This document shows, one piece after another, positions 46,201-61,095 of a DNA stretch of 64,000 nucleotides (the stretch's first letter is position 1; each line of letters begins with the position of its first letter). The position numbers and the translations under genes were made by a program. The notes below the pieces were generated by a model. That model saw nothing but the letters and a program-made list of their open reading frames with translations, was not told where the DNA came from and ran no database searches. Source of the stretch: Paraspadella gotoi (Eukaryota; Animalia; Chaetognatha); contig CM119267.1 in NCBI GenBank assembly GCA_051294375.1, forward strand, positions 14,935,694 to 14,999,693. Direction: 5' to 3'.

Positions 46201-48380
46201 TTTCACAAAGGACCAAACTTGTTCGCCTTTTTATTTCGAAAAGATTATTTTTTATTGTATCCGTTCTCGGCCCTTTCTTCAATGGAGATAGCACTTTCGT
46301 TTCTTCTTGTTTCACTCACTTTCAACGATCACGACTCATCTCTTCTTCATGAATTCCTGAGCCCAAACTCTTTCGATTAACCGAACCACCAATTGACCCC
46401 GACTCGTGCCTCCTCTTCCGGAAATGAGAAAAGCCTTCTCTGTTAAAAAAAAACATCCCAGAAGAGAATGAGAAGAAGAAAGGAGAGAGAGAGTAGAGAG
46501 AGAGAGAGAGAGAATCTTTCTGCGTCTAAAACGACAGAATGTATGTTTTCTTCTTTTCTTTTTTAAGCTCATTAATTACCTTCAAAATACTTTTAGTTTA
46601 GGCCCTCGGGTTTGGAAGAGTTGATTCGGTATTTTAAAAACATCGGTTAGCCTCTGAACGCTAGATTACCGATGTGACAATGGAGAAAGAGAGAGAAAAG
46701 AGAAAAGAAAAGGAAGAGAGCTTTTTACGGTTTTAAAATATTCGAGAAATATTACTACATGTTTACTTTTTAAATTATTTTTATCTCGTATTTTACGCCA
46801 TCTGGACAGTTTATCGTCGGGGCGTTTGGAGGTCGAGAAAAACAGTTCAAGCCGGTGGCTCTGAATTATCTCTCTCTCTCTTCTTTTCTCTCTCTCTCTC
46901 GTCTCTCTCATCTCTCTCTCTCTCTCTCCTCTCTCCATTCTTTCAGCTGGGTGTTCCGCTTGCGGCCACAACAGCATCGGCCATGCCGCTGCGCTGTGAT
47001 GCTGAAAGGCGGCAACTGGAGCCGACGAGCCGCGCCTCAAGATGCCTCGATCTGGAGAAGGTCGACGTCTTCAGGATTTCGTCCCGACACTACGAGGTGA
47101 TTTGGCCTCCCCCCACCGGATCTCGAAGCCGAAGCGGATCGTCTGAGCCCGAGTGAACCCATTTTCGCTCCAGTATATGTTGTAGTTCATTATTATTAAT
47201 TTATTTAATTGGTGTTGCGTTGGTAATGTTTTTGTTGTAGTTAAAGTGGACTGATTTTTTTTATTGTTAATCATGGGTGAAGAAATCGGTAATTGAAGAT
47301 TCACCACTTACTTTTTACTTCACAACCGAATATTCGGAAATTAAAATTAACCAAAATGTCATTTCATTTATGTCTCATTTCATGAAGACAAAGAACACGA
47401 CAAGTGACAAACACCCGACCGTTTTCGTTATTCCTTTATTCCACGTCATAACTCATCATTTCATCATCATAATGATAAACTCCCGCCCCCAATTCCCCAA
47501 CCCACTAAATCCTCAACACTCGCTCAAGAACTCCGATGCGGTCCCTCACTGACCGTCACCCACGGGTTCGTCATGGGCTCCTTCAAGATGACGGGCATCT
47601 ACCAGCGGAAGCGAGATTTTTCGCCCTCAGCGAAGTCGTCAAAGTTTTCAACGCGGAAAAACTTCGACCCGTCAAGGGTTTACATGTTTAATTCCAAAAT
47701 GAAGTTCATAGGGTGAAGGAGAGGAGGGGAAGGGAAGGGGAAAAGGGGGGGAAGTAGGGGAAGGGGGGGAGGGGAAGGGAAGGGGAGGGAAGGGAAGGGT
47801 TAGGAAGAAAAGATAGGAAGGAGGAAAAGAAATAGGAAGGATATGAAATAGAGAGAGTGTTAAAGAGAGGAAAGAAGAGAGGAATGAATGATTGAGAGGA
47901 GAGGAAAATGAGCAGAGAGAAATAGAAGAAAGAAAGAGAAAGAAGTGAAGTGAAAGAAACACCCAGAAAGCGATAGGAAATAAATGATTGAGAATTTCAG
48001 AGAGAGATGAGACTCCAAAGAGTCCTGATAGGGCAAAGGAAGGAAAGAAAGAGAAGGAAACGAAAGGGATGAGAGGGATTTAAACCGAAGGGGGGGGGCA
48101 AAGAAAGAGAAGGAACCAGATAAGGGATGAAGAGAGATTACACGAAAAGGGGGGGGCAAGAAAGAGAGAGGAAAAGGAAAATGGAAGCGAAAGAGACAGA
48201 AATCGTAAAAGAGATATGTAATTATGTATGAAAATAGTATCGGCTCCTTTGGTCAGATTTTCTGAAAAGTACGATAAAATCGGAAACTGGAGGCCCACGT
48301 ACCGAACTTCAGTGAATAGTCGCCCCTGCAGAATCCCGTCGATTTTGAGTTCGAAGGGGATCAGCTCAAGATGTTGCCTG
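43230..48380 (+). CDS. Ribonuclease-inhibitor-type leucine-rich repeat protein, LRRC74-like (multi-exon; frameshifted as assembled; ends approximate)
   Basis: Splice-bounded fragments, allowing 1-bp indels: EFYYDACASLGVIP..PRFL (~43795-43856); RQLHNNHLLD..GAKAIA..LNISDN..GGQYIAQ (44162-44319); AMRENQTIEDLDVSDNRIQSEGA..LVKINLS (44682-44808); GNQ..LNLSHNDLGD (45010-45145); VNLAFN..LKEINISGNQFTPENGVILAGAL (45839-46000); GHNSIG..LDLEKVDV (46947-47100). The order resembles LRRC74A/B as I recall them. Confidence 0.65.
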
Positions 48381-51300
48381 TGAGTAAACGGCTGATTAAT
48401 GATTCGATTGGACCTAATTGATTGATTAATTATAATAATTAAAATCTCCTCTTCAAGACTGCCTTGGAAGACTTGGCATCAAAAGCCACAACTTGGTTTT
48501 CTCGTTCTCTGAGAAAACATAAACTTTTAACTTGCAGCGGATTTAACGTCGTGTAATTTTCAGGGTGGCGGTAAAAGCGGAAAACTTCCGAAAGGAAATT
48601 ATAATGACGCGGGCTCGAAGTTCGTAAAAAAATGTTAATGAATATATAACGTATAATTATTATTATCGTAACTTTTTCACAAAATAAACGAGGAAAGAAA
48701 ATTAGAGGAGGAATTTGTGACGACTTGTAATTATTTTCTGCCTGCCACCGGAAAAAAAGAAATGCTTTAAAAAATTATTATTGTCAATAAATGTTTGAAT
48801 AAATCATACTGTCAGACATTTCCCATCAGAAAAGACAACACGACGCCTTTTCTCTCTCGGGGTTATTCCGATGGAAAAAGAGAGAAATCGAAAGAGACAG
48901 AAATATGTGTAAAAATGTTTTTTTTCTCTTTTTCAGTTTTTCGGAATGTCTTTTGCGTTTGGGTTACGCTTTCGTCAAAACAGAGTTTTTCGTTACGAAG
49001 AAATTTTTTTGGCCGCATTTAGTATCTAGTCGTCAAATCGAAAGTGTGTTTTTTAACGAACCTTCATCCGATTATGCAAAACGGTTTCACTCGCGTCCAC
49101 CGTTAAACTTCGCGTTCGCTTTGGCTTCGTGCTTCGCATCCGCATCGGCGAATGGAAACGATTAATCGCGAACAAACAATCCATAAACAAACAAACAAAA
49201 ACGTATTTAACTAATCCGTTATATAATGGTTCGAGTTGGTTTTTTTTCTCTATTCTCGAAAATTACATCTTTCGTCGCGTCGCGAAATTACGTAAACGGA
49301 AACTATGCCGTCCCATAGAATTTCTAATTTTTTCTAAAGCTTAAAAAAAAACATTTCAACCTTGAAATCCGTAAAAAAAAAAATCACTTTTGCAGTTTTC
49401 ACCAAAGTCCGAAGACTGGCGTCGATCGTTGTCCCATTGATCAAATTTACGAAGACTCAAAAACTGAAATCCGATCGCCGATGGTCAATTGGTCAATTGG
49501 TCATCGCTGCGTCTCGTCTCTCTGACTCAGAATCTACGATGACGATTGACGAATCCGCTTCTCTAATTCTTTTTATTCTTTTCTCGGTCAGTCTTTGGGA
49601 GCTCGAATGAATCCAACAGAGACGACGACGACGATCCAAAAATTCGTTCTCCCGTCAATTGTTTCCGACGACGCGAAACTAATGTTCTCCCTGACGATTT
49701 CGCTTCGCCGAAACGACTTACCTTTTTTTACGGCGCGCAGAGGCAGCGGGCAGCAGCGGCGGCTGCCTCGTCGGCCGCGTCGGCTGCGGCGACCTCACCT
49801 TCTTTCTCCCGGGGATCGAGAACCGACTCGATCGTCTCTGTCTCTGACTTTTTTTTTTCTCTCTCTCTTTATTTTCTTCTCTTCTTATCTTTCGAATTCG
49901 TTTCCACGCAATTTCTGCTAAGAGGTTGGAGTAATTTCTAAATCGATGTAAGTCGTTTGGTTTTTTTTCGTCGAATATTTTTGACTACGTCATGATTACA
50001 GAGCTATGGAATGTTTTGTTCAAATGATAGTATGGAAATAAAGGATGTGACCCGCAATAATTATAAAAAAAAAAAAAAACTCATTGGAAAATCCTTGAAC
50101 TCGCGATAAAGTTACATCTTAATACAAGAATTGAAAACAATTTAATAAACAACAAACCAAAAAAAATCTAGAGTACTGCAAAACAAGAGTGAAAGTTTTA
50201 TTTTTTTTTATCTTCTCTTCCAAACTGGGATCTAATAAAAACGTGGGCGGACGAATTTTTGACGTCGGTTTCACGAGGTTAAGACAACCTCGTATATTAC
50301 GACCTTCACGAGGGATAAAATCCATACAACGAGATGCAGAGAAATTTTCATAACGAGCTTCGTCAAAGATTAAATCTTGGGAATTAGTAGTTAGAAGTCA
50401 GGATGACGGTTCGAAATTTAAAAAAAGTTCATTATCAATCCGTTAGAAGATTCAAATATGTTTAAATCCAACATTTTTTAACAAAGTGCATTTTTAAAAA
50501 TTATTTTAAATTACGGAATTAAGAGTTTTACCTAAGTTTTCTCTGCCTCATATTTATGAACTTTAAATTTAAAAAAGCAAGAAAAAAGTTGTCAAGATCT
50601 TCACACTTGATAAAATGTTTACGGTCTTCCCTAGGGATAAAAATATTTACAACCATCTTCCTACGAAAGAACTTTTGACGAAATCTCGAGAAAGTTTCGC
50701 GAGATAGTTTTCTTCCTCTATTCACACAAGAGTCGGAAAGATTTTCACTAATTTCAAATCAGTCCCAAATCAACATTAACGGAAAAGAGTCATCTTGGTT
50801 TTCGACTATTTCGCTTGCTAACGATATCTTCACTTGAAAGCGCAGCCTACCACCGACTTCACAAGGTCATCCTCGCTGCGACGACGAAGGGCGTTCACTT
50901 GATTCTTTTTTTTTTTCATCCGGACCCCGGGTGCGACGTCACTGGGGTTTTCGATCGAAATCAAACTTCAAATTCGATCTCTGACGTCGCCTTCTCTTCG
51001 TCATCTCCAAAATGTAAACANNNNNNNNNNNNNNNNNNNNNNNNNNNNNNNNNNNNNNNNNNNNNNNNNNNNNNNNNNNNNNNNNNNNNNNNNNNNNNNN
51101 NNNNNNNNNNNNNNNNNNNNNNNNNNNNNNNNNNNNNNNNNNNNNNNNNNNNNNNNNNNNNNNNNNNNNNNNNNNNNNNNNNNNNNNNNNNNNNNNNNNN
51201 NNNNNNNNNNNNNNNNNNNNNNNNNNNNNNNNNNNNNNNNNNNNNNNNGACGACGAATTCAGCGACCGTTCCCCTTCCGAATCTCAAAACGAAGGGGTGT

Positions 51301-52648
51301 CAGCGGAGGCGGAGGGCGGAAATGCCCTCGATTCAATGCCTTCAATGCCCTTCGCCGCCCTCTCCTACGCCTCTAATGCCTTTAATGCCCTCACCGCCGC
51401 CGACGAAAAAAGAAAAAATAAAATTCGGATTTATCTTTTTCGATCTAAATTGAGAAAATATTTCTCGAGTCCGATTGACCGCGAAAAAGAAAGAAAAAAA
51501 AAAGAAGAAAATATCCGGATCTTGCGAAAGATTTCTTCATCTTTAGGATTTTCTCTTTTTCCAGATTTTCAAACATTTTTGCAATGATTTGATTCCGAAG
51601 ACTCAAGAATGAACGTAACTTCTTTGGACAAATTTTGATATGTCCGTACAGATACGAAGATAATCCAAGCGTCCGTCTCTTATTATTTCCGTCCACGTCT
51701 TCGATCCTCCATCCATCCATCCATCCATCCATCCCTCAGGGATAGAGCTACCCCTTGTTTCGCATCGGAAGTTTCTTTTCTTTTTCGAACGGAAGTCGAA
51801 ACTTCTTTCTTCCCTTCGATGATAATTGATTCGAAGACGAATAAGGGCCTGACTCTTAGATCAGAACCAAAAGGGATGACTCCGTCTCTCTCGCGTTACC
51901 AAACAACGAACATGTGCTATTAAAAAAAAAACCACAGCATCGCCTACAACATCAACATCAGAATTCAGAAGGAACCTGCGTCGTCATCCTTATTTTTTCA
52001 TAATTGGAATTTTATAGTCGAACCATTAGAATTAGGCTGTCGACGTTGACGTTTCTCCGAGTCACAACAAAATTTCGAGTTAATTCCCACTTCCGTCATA
52101 TTTCTCTCTCTCTCTCNNNNNNNNNNNNNNNNNNNNNNNNNTTTTTTTTTTTTTTGGGTGTTTGGGTTTTTTTTTTTTTTTGTGACGGGCTCACGAGCAA
52201 AATGAGGGTTCGCCTCCTAATTCCAATTTTGTTGAAAAATCAAGTTTCTTTTCGAACTTCGGGTTCACATAGTAGTTTTAGAGGTTTTTTTTTTTAGTTT
52301 AATGTTATTTTATGTTGTTTCTTTATTTGTTTTTGTTTTCTATGAAAGTAAAAAAAAATAATAGAAAGGAAAATTGCGTCGCCCATCGGTCGGAGGTCAC
52401 GCCGATCTGAGGTCACGTGACAACGGATATAACAAAATTGAAAGTAACATCCAACAAATACAATAGAAAGGATGAACAAAACAAACAAACAAACAACGAA
52501 CGAACGAACGGCAAAGAATGCAAATTACAACAGAAACTGGCTTTTTCCTGATTTTAGGTCATTCGAGAGATAATTGCATACAAGAAAGAAGAAGCCCTTT
52601 ACGATTTTGAATTATTTCCTGCCGTGCTGCAAGAGCAATTCAACGAGG

Positions 52649-52714
<66 letters not shown>

Positions 52715-54893
52715 CACTCTCTCTCTCTCTCCTCTCTCTCTCGCCTCTCTCTCTTCTCGGGCAAGAAAATTGAATTTGTGAAGTTTTCGGTCGTCCGAGG
52801 TCACGAAATCTTTTGACTCGAGCGTCGAACAGAATTTACCTTCGAAAAAACTGGGCGACACAAAAAGTCGAGAAAAAAAAAATCGAAACGAGCTGCGTTC
52901 CCGGGAGAAATTATAGGAAACAACCCGAAACTGTTGTGCTTGTGTCAGGTTTGGTGGAGAAATGTTAGAGGGAAAGAATTGAAAAAGGTTTTGTAATCTT
53001 TATCCGTTGCTACATTGTGGTTTTTTACGCTTTCTAATAGCATTTACTTTTAGATAAAAATGTGTACCAAATAACTCAATTTAGTTAAATATCGAGAAGA
53101 AAAAGACGAAAGAAGGAAGAAGAAAAGAAAAGAAAGAAAAAAGAGAAAGAAAAGAAAGAAAGAAGAAGAAAGAAAGAAGAAAGAAAGAAAGAAAAAAAGA
53201 AGAAAAGACAGGACAGACAGACAAGACAGAGCAGACAGGCAGCAGGCAGGCCAGCAGGCAGGCAGGCAGGGAGGGGAGGCGGCAGGCCACGGCAGGAAGA
53301 GGAGGCGAAAGAACAAGAAAAAGAAAAGAAAGAGCGAGGATAACATACATAAACAACAAACAAAATTAAGACAAAAGGAACACGTAGTACTAGAAAAACC
53401 GTATCCTAGTCTTTAAAAAACATTAAAGAGAAAGAGAAACGAAAAAAAAAAACAGTGAAGCAAAACGACGAAGAAAAGGAGTAACGATCAACGAGAGAAA
53501 ATAAAAAGCAGGGAAAAAAAAGTGTTGAGAGATCGACAGTTCGAGGGCGTGATCGATTTGGAAAGGGATCAAACCGGCTAAACCCTAATCTCTTAAAACC
53601 CGGGAATGGCCCTCTGCCACTCCAGCCCCCCTTACCCGCCCCCCCCCCCTTTCTCCCAACCCTCTGCCTCTTGACGGGCGTCGAATGGACGCCGCGTTGT
53701 AACAACTTTCTCGGCGCGACGATTAGGGATCAGAAGACTGATGTTTTTGAGAGAAAATGGTTAGAACTGTGCGCGACTTAGACCGTTCACTGGTGGAAAG
53801 AGATAAGAACTGTGCAAGAGACCCTCCATCTGCGGTTGAAAAGAACAGTGGCCTGATGGTAATTTCCTTATACGAAAAAAAAAACCTACGGCTAGACACT
53901 GGATTGCTTAAGTTATGATTTAAAATTTAGACTTGAATTTTTCAGATTATTATTGACACCCAAAAAAAAACTTCGATTCAAATCCTGGGAAAACCCTGAA
54001 AATTTCAAAATCACAATTTTCGTTTCAAGAATCCTCAGATTTAATTACGTTTTCTTTCTACTCTATACTTTTAAATTTCTTTCTTTTTCTTTCCCATTCG
54101 CCAGAAACTTAAGTTTGAAACAACTACGAAAATAAACAATTCACTCGCGAAAAGTAAATAAACTAAAAAAACAAAACAAACAAACTAATAGTCTGTGAAG
54201 TTTTCCTTTCAATGTCGAACTTTCGCCAGCGGCTACGAAAATGACGTTAACGGTAGACGACAGGTAAGACTGATAGCATTACAATTACAATTTCCAAAAA
54301 AAATTTCAAAAATGAACTAGAAAAACTATAAATAGCGCTAGTGGAAGTAAGCTGAGAATACCCGCTTTAAGAGGACGTAAACAAAGAGGATGTAACGATT
54401 CAGTTTCTAAATTTTGGGTCTTCGTGCTTCGAGTCGCCGACTTACGGATCTCTGGATGGAAGGGCAGAAAAAAAGTTGAAAACAGCGACAGTTTTTTAAA
54501 AAAAAATCACCGAGTAGTTTAAAATGGATTTACTGCTCACGAAAAGTTTAAATCAATACCGAACAAGGTCTTCGTTTAAGACTAACGAGCAAAGTGATCC
54601 GGTAGGAAAAGGTTATTCGCAGTTTTTATGTTCTTAAAGGGGCGATAATTAAGAATTACTATCTCTGTCCCGAATTTCATTTGCGGACGTTGTACACATA
54701 GTTTCAAAAATAGCGGAAAGGAATTTTGAATGCCTGAATTTTTTTTGTCAAATCAGTAACTATACAAAGACAATTTTAATGACAATTTCGCATGTGAAAA
54801 ATGTTTAAAGATGCCAAAAAAATGGGAAACTTAAAACCCTAAAAAGCCAAAAAAGAAAAACAATTAAAAATACGCAGAACAAACCGATCTCTC

Positions 54894-54932
<39 letters not shown>

Positions 54933-57900
54933 TCTTTTTTTAAAAGTATTTTTTTCAAGAGAAACACTACCAGAGGTTTTCACTGCAATTCGAGACGGAG
55001 ATTGAATTTGGTTCTGATTAGCCTCTATTAGCGAGAAATAAGTTCAAAACCTTTCAAAAAACTTTGCATTTTTCGAAATGAAAAATAAAAAGAAAAAAAA
55101 AATTGAAAACAAGAAAAATGGTTTCTTTACGTCGCTGAATTCTCCGGTCAGTATTTTTTTTTTGCTGCTCAACCCGTTGTGAGTAAAAACTAAGGTTCAC
55201 CGCCAACCGCGAACCGTCACCGATCGTCACGTGATTCGAGTCCGTTTTCGTTATGAAGGACGTTGACGAAAATGATGGTTTCGTCGCCTCGTGACGAAAC
55301 CGCGCGGAGAAATCTTCCACGTCATCCTGCGCCTCAATGGCGTCAGACTTTTGGGTGGCGGATTTTGTTGAACGAACTTCGCTCGAGTCACGGTTCGTTT
55401 TTTTTTGGGGGGGGAGGTGGAGGAGAAAAGCCGATTTCAGCAGTTTCGTTTTGAAAATCATAATCTATTAGCTGGTCGTTATATATAAATTCTATGAATA
55501 TTACAAAATATATATATATATATATATAAATTCTATGAATATTACAAAATATTACAAAATATTCTTGCTCCTTGCTCTTTCCTTCCTTCCTTCCTTCCTT
55601 CCTTCCTTCCTTCCTTCCTTCCTTCCTACTCTCTTTCCCTTCTTCCTTCTCCTTCTCTTCTCGAGCCTTTATACACAGCGAACACTGATGATGTAAAATA
55701 TAAGAAATGCAAACAAAATTATAACTAAAAATTTACTTTATCGGGAAGGGATGACGTATAAATTAAATATGATTGGAAAGGAACTGATAATAATAATTCG
55801 GCTTAAAAAGCTGTCATTTTAAATTCAAATAAGGGTTGAGAGGCATAAAATTGTTTATCGAAATACTCACAATCTTCCAACGTGAGCCGCGTGATTCCGT
55901 GAACCCGCTCACGATTTTTTTTAGTCGAGATGCTCAGTCACGAGCTTATTCTTCATCACGGAGAGAGAGAGTGATAGATCGATCGCGTTCGAATCCTCGA
56001 TCCAGTTTTACGATCGACACAAAGACGATCCTTCAAGATTCCTAATCAATTGACACAGTCTCGTCTTCAGCTTCTTCTGTTTATTCTCGGTCGAACAGTG
56101 AAGAAAAACTTTTTCCAGAGACGAAGAAAGCAAAGAAAAAAAATAAATACTCCCTTTTTCCACTCTGTCTCTCTCACTCTCTCTCTCTCCATTTTCCGCT
56201 TTTTCAATTCCGACTCTCGAAAAAATCATTTTAGACTCTACACAAACTCTTTTCTTTTTTTTCTTCTTCTGCCGAGAGTCTCAGCGTTCGATTCGCGAGA
56301 AGAGAAATTTTTTAAAGTTTTTTTTTCGGAGATTTAAAATTATTTTGGGAGCGAAAAATCTCGAATAGCTTTTCGATAAAAATTTTAATAAAGCGTACCA
56401 CCTCCCGGACTAAAACGTTTTTTTTTTTTGAGGAAAAAGATTTAATCAAAATATTTTTTAGATCGGCTGATCGGATGGCGACAAAGAAACGTTGCGCAAA
56501 TTCTATTAATAACAATCGCACGGAATATAATATCAATATATAAATTCCAATGTCATAAAAGCTATGGATTTAGTTCGTAACTAAAATGTTTCATTCATCA
56601 AACAATTATTGTAAATAAACATCGTTAATGGCCGCACGCACAAGCCTTTGCCGAATTTACACTCGAAGCAGGTATATTCAGCTTTTGAATTACGTATATT
56701 GGATGTACCAATGCCTAAAATTAAACTTCGCGGTTGACTTTTAAAAAATATTTTTTGGGAAAGTACAAAAGTAAATCCCCCGCATGATCTATTGACAGTC
56801 TGCGTCATTCGAAAAAACCCGTTATTTCCGAATCTCGCAGATTGGCCCTGAAAATATTGACTGCGAATCTTTAAGTTCTTGACTCCATCTGCGTTGTAGT
56901 ATTACTTCCGCCGCTAGGAGGTTTAAAAGAAAAATAAATATATATAGAATAAATATATATATATGCAGTATATACTGCACTTGAACCCAAATTCGACGTT
57001 TTTAATCAATAATTAAACAGTGCATGCGATGACTCTACAAACTCAAAAATAAACAAAGTTATATATTTATCCTATGATTAAATTTAATTTCATTATGGTT
57101 TTATTTTCAATTCCACAAGTGACAAAAACAATTTTACTTGGGCCAGNNNNNNNNNNNNNNNNNNNNNNNNNNNNNNNNNNNNNNNNNNNNNNNNNNNNNN
57201 NNNNNNNNNNNNNNNNNNNNNNNNNNNNNNNNNNNNNNNNNNNNNNNNNNNNNNNNNNNNNNNNNNNNNNNNNNNNNNNNNNNNNNNNNNNNNNNNNNNN
57301 NNNNNNNNNNNNNNNNNNNNNNNNNNNNNNNNNNNNNNNNNNNNNNNNNNNNNNNNNNNNNNNNNNNNNNNNNNNNNNNNNNNNNNNNNNNNNNNNNNNN
57401 NNNNNNNNNNNNNNNNNNNNNNNNNNNNNNNNNNNNNNNNNNNNNNNNNNNNNNNNNNNNNNNNNNNTTTTTTTTCTTTTTCCCAACCCACCCACTCACC
57501 CGGGGACTTTCCAACTTCTCTTTTTACACTTTCTCTTATCTTACCCATTTCTCTTCTTTCCTATCTTTTCCCCATTCTTTTTCCGCCGATCCCTTTTTTA
57601 AACGCTGCTCAATGCCGCCCCTCGACGCTCCATCGCATTCAGACAACTCCGACGATGTATCGCCAGTGTGGCGAACCGGGCGGAGATCTACTTGGCGGCG
57701 CGGCGACGGTTCTCGCCTCGAGAAGATCTTCCACCAACTCTCTCTGCCGCTCTACAGGAGGTGAGTACTTTTTAGAGGGTAAGGGAATGACGCTGGTTGT
57801 GAAAGGACGTTAAGGGATGATGCGACGACGATGTAACACAAACACGATTTGACACAAACTTAATCGAATACTATTGGGAAAACCATTTCTTACTAAACGT

Positions 57901-59733
57901 ATATTAAGTTATTATTGCATGCGTATTTCGCAGTTGTTGCTCGTTAATTTGACTATTATCTTCCATCTTTCATATCACAGACAAGTTCGTTTCATATACA
58001 AGCCTGAAAACGTTCGTTAAAACTTCATTGTTATAATAAATTATACAAAAACAATTCCGCCCCTCCTGCCTACTCGTCTGTTTATGTTTAGACATGAATG
58101 TAGTTCGGCCATCGCTTCAGACGAAATGGTTTTTAAATTTCAACTGTCCGTCGAGACGGAAGATAAACTGTTAAAATTAGGACAGATGTTAACCTCGATC
58201 GGCGGTNNNNNNNNNNNNNNNNNNNNNNNNNNNNNNNNNNNNNNNNNNNNNNNNNNNNNNNNNNNNNNNNNNNNNNNNNNNNNNNNNNNNNNNNNNNNNN
58301 NNNNNNNNNNNNNNNNNNNNNNNNNNNNNNNNNNNNNNNNNNNNNNNNNNNNNNNNNNNNNNNNNNNNNNNNNNNNNNNNNNNNNNNNNNNNNNNNTTTT
58401 TTTTTTTTACTCGTGGAACAAAAGAATTGGAAGATAGCAAGCCGTGGAAAGGCTCGCCGCTTTCGTTAATGGCCGAGTCCGAGTTCGCGGACAAAGTCGA
58501 GCGGCCGGTGATTGGACGCCCATAAAACTGCGGGCGAAATTAATATGATGACCACGATGGGCGCGAATGAATCAATTGGACCACCAAACTAACGGCGCAT
58601 AATGTTTTAAACCTGCAGCGTCATCTTTGGCGCGCGGAATTAAAAGTTGCGGCAGGGATAACTTTGTTTGACTGAAAAAAGCAAACCAGTGCCGCTAAAA
58701 ACAAAATGAGCAAAAAAAGGCAATGATAAAAGACAAAGTATTCGGGTCGTTTGGGAGTGAGCTTCATTCTAGGAACCAGGAATTATGGTATTTGGGTTAC
58801 AGGGGGTTTGAAATAAAACGATGTAAAACTCGTTAAAAAAAAAGAAAAAAAGATCGATTGACGATCGCCGTGGATCTTGATGAGTCTGTCAATCAACGGA
58901 CTGCGTTGGATATCGATCCCCGATCTCTTCCGCTTCGCAATTAAGTTGAATTAACACAAAAACGATTTCGTATTCATCTTCATTCAGATTCACTTATGCT
59001 TCAACGTCCGCCCCCTTTTTCGAATCCGAACAGAAAAAAAAGCTTATCCCATTCTCTTTCTAACATTCATTCGAAAGAAATGTTTAAAAAAAATAAATAA
59101 AAGGGGGAAAAAGGAAAAGCGAAAAACATATTCGTTTTAATTCTTGGGCAAACAATTCCAACTTCGTCCCCGCGTGATACCCGAGTCTTTAACCTTCTCC
59201 GCCAGGGGCGTCGTTGGCGAAACGTTGCGGTTTGGTCGAGGGTTTCGAAACCCTGTTGGCGAAATATCTTTTAATGGAAAGATTATTTGGTTAGGAGGAT
59301 TTTGAAAAAAAAGTTGTTTGTTTGTACGGTTGAATTTGAAGCATTTTTGGAGAGCTTCTTTCAGAGAATGGATCAGTCACAACTTGGAAGACACGAAATG
59401 TTTCTTTTCTTTTTTTTACCATGTCGCCCTCGTTTCATTAGCATCTCTTTCGCAAGCGCCCTTTTATCTCGATTTGATTAGATTTTCGTTTTGGTGCCTT
59501 TCGCCAAATAAGCTTACGATAATCTAACATCACCGTTCACTCTCTAAAAAAATGAAGAAAAGCATTCCGATGAGTTCGATTTTTTTTCACTAATGCCATT
59601 AATGCCACTAACGCCACTAATGGCATTAATTAGGGGGCGACCCGCCCGGCCCCGCCGGGTCACGTGACCGGCGCTCTCTCCGGTTCTATGCAAATGAGAA
59701 AGAATCGCTTTCAATTAGTCTCGGGTCCGTCGC

Positions 59734-59771
<38 letters not shown>

Positions 59772-59919
59772 AAGAAAGAAAAAAGAGAGAGAGAGAGAGA
59801 GCAAGAACGAACAAACAGAATCTCTCTGCTTCTGTCATTGTAGAAGGAAAATTGAAAAAAGCCGAGGAACGACTACCGAATGCCAAAAACCCTGTCTTCT
59901 CTCGATCGAACGGTTTACT

Positions 59920-60670
59920 TAATTGGAATTCTCCTTTTTCATCTCAATCCTTTTGTCTGATTTTCTGTTCTGGCATTTTTCATACATAAATTCAAGAGAA
60001 TCGCGAACTCCCTAGCGAAAGTATTTCAGTTTCCGTCTATCTATCCTTTAACAATTCAAGCCGTCAATACACTTAACACTTTATTCGCTTACAAGATTAT
60101 GTAATAAATTAAAATCGCTATTTCTGACCATTTCACAGCTATATACATTTTACATACACTTTTAAAAGTAAAAAAAGGAGCTTTTTTTTTTTTGAAGGGG
60201 TGGGATATGAAGTTAAAAGTCGTCCCTCCGTTCTGCTTATCTCTTTATTCTCTAACTCTTTTCTCTTTCCACCTCTCCTCTCCTATTTTAGTCTTTTGAC
60301 TTAATAGGAATTCTCCTTTTTCATCTCAATCCTTTTGTCTGATTTTCTGTTCTGGCATTTTTCATACCTAAATTCAAGAGAATGGCAACTCCTAGCGAAG
60401 TATTTCAGTTTCCGTCTATCTATCCTTTAACAATTCAAAGCCGTCAATACACTTAACACTTTATTCGCTTACAAGATTATGTAATAAATTAAAATCGCTA
60501 TTTTGACCATTTCTCAGCCTATATACATTTTAACATACACTTTTAAAAGTAAAAAAAGGAGCTTTTTTTTTGAAGGGGGGATATGAAGTTAAAAGTCGTC
60601 CCTCCGTTCTGCTTATCTCTTATTTCTCTAACTCTTTTCTCTTTCCACCTCTCCTCTCCTATTTTAGTCT
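59920..60670. repeat. ~375-bp tandem duplication (probable assembly overlap artefact)
   Basis: ggaattctcctttt...ctcctattttagtctt occurs at ~59925-60296 and ~60307-60671 with small indel differences. Confidence 0.85.
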
Positions 60671-60671
60671 T

Positions 60672-61095
60672 CCTCTATCTCTCCCCTTCTCGCCCCCCCT
60701 TTGCCCCCCTCCCTCTTTTCAATCGTCCGAATCCTCCGATTGCCCGACATCCGACTCAGTCGCCGACATGTCGTCGTTCTCTGTCTCCGTCTCTGTCGTT
60801 CCGCTCGTGATCTCCGTCTTCTCTCCTCGGCCCCTTCCTCTCCTCCTCCTCCTCCGCTTCACCACCTCCACNNNNNNNNNNNNNNNNNNNNNNNNNCCTC
60901 TATCTCTCCCCTTCTCGCCCCCCTTTGCCCCCCTCCCTCTTTTCAATCGTCCGAATCCTCCGATTGCCCGAACATCCGACTCAGTCGCCGACATGTCGTC
61001 GTTCTCTGTCTCCGTCTCTGTCGTTCCGCTCGACTCTCCGCTCTTCTCTCCTCCGGCCCCTCCTCCTCCTCCTCCCGCTTCACCACCACCTCCAC
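60672..61095. repeat. Duplicated 3' end of the carboxypeptidase gene on both sides of a 25-N gap
   Basis: 60672-60870 repeats 60897-61095. Confidence 0.85.

Noticed and set aside
57610-57760. Exon-like GC-rich block ending in a GTGAGT donor
   Set aside because: No recognisable protein, and neighbouring sequence is lost in gaps.
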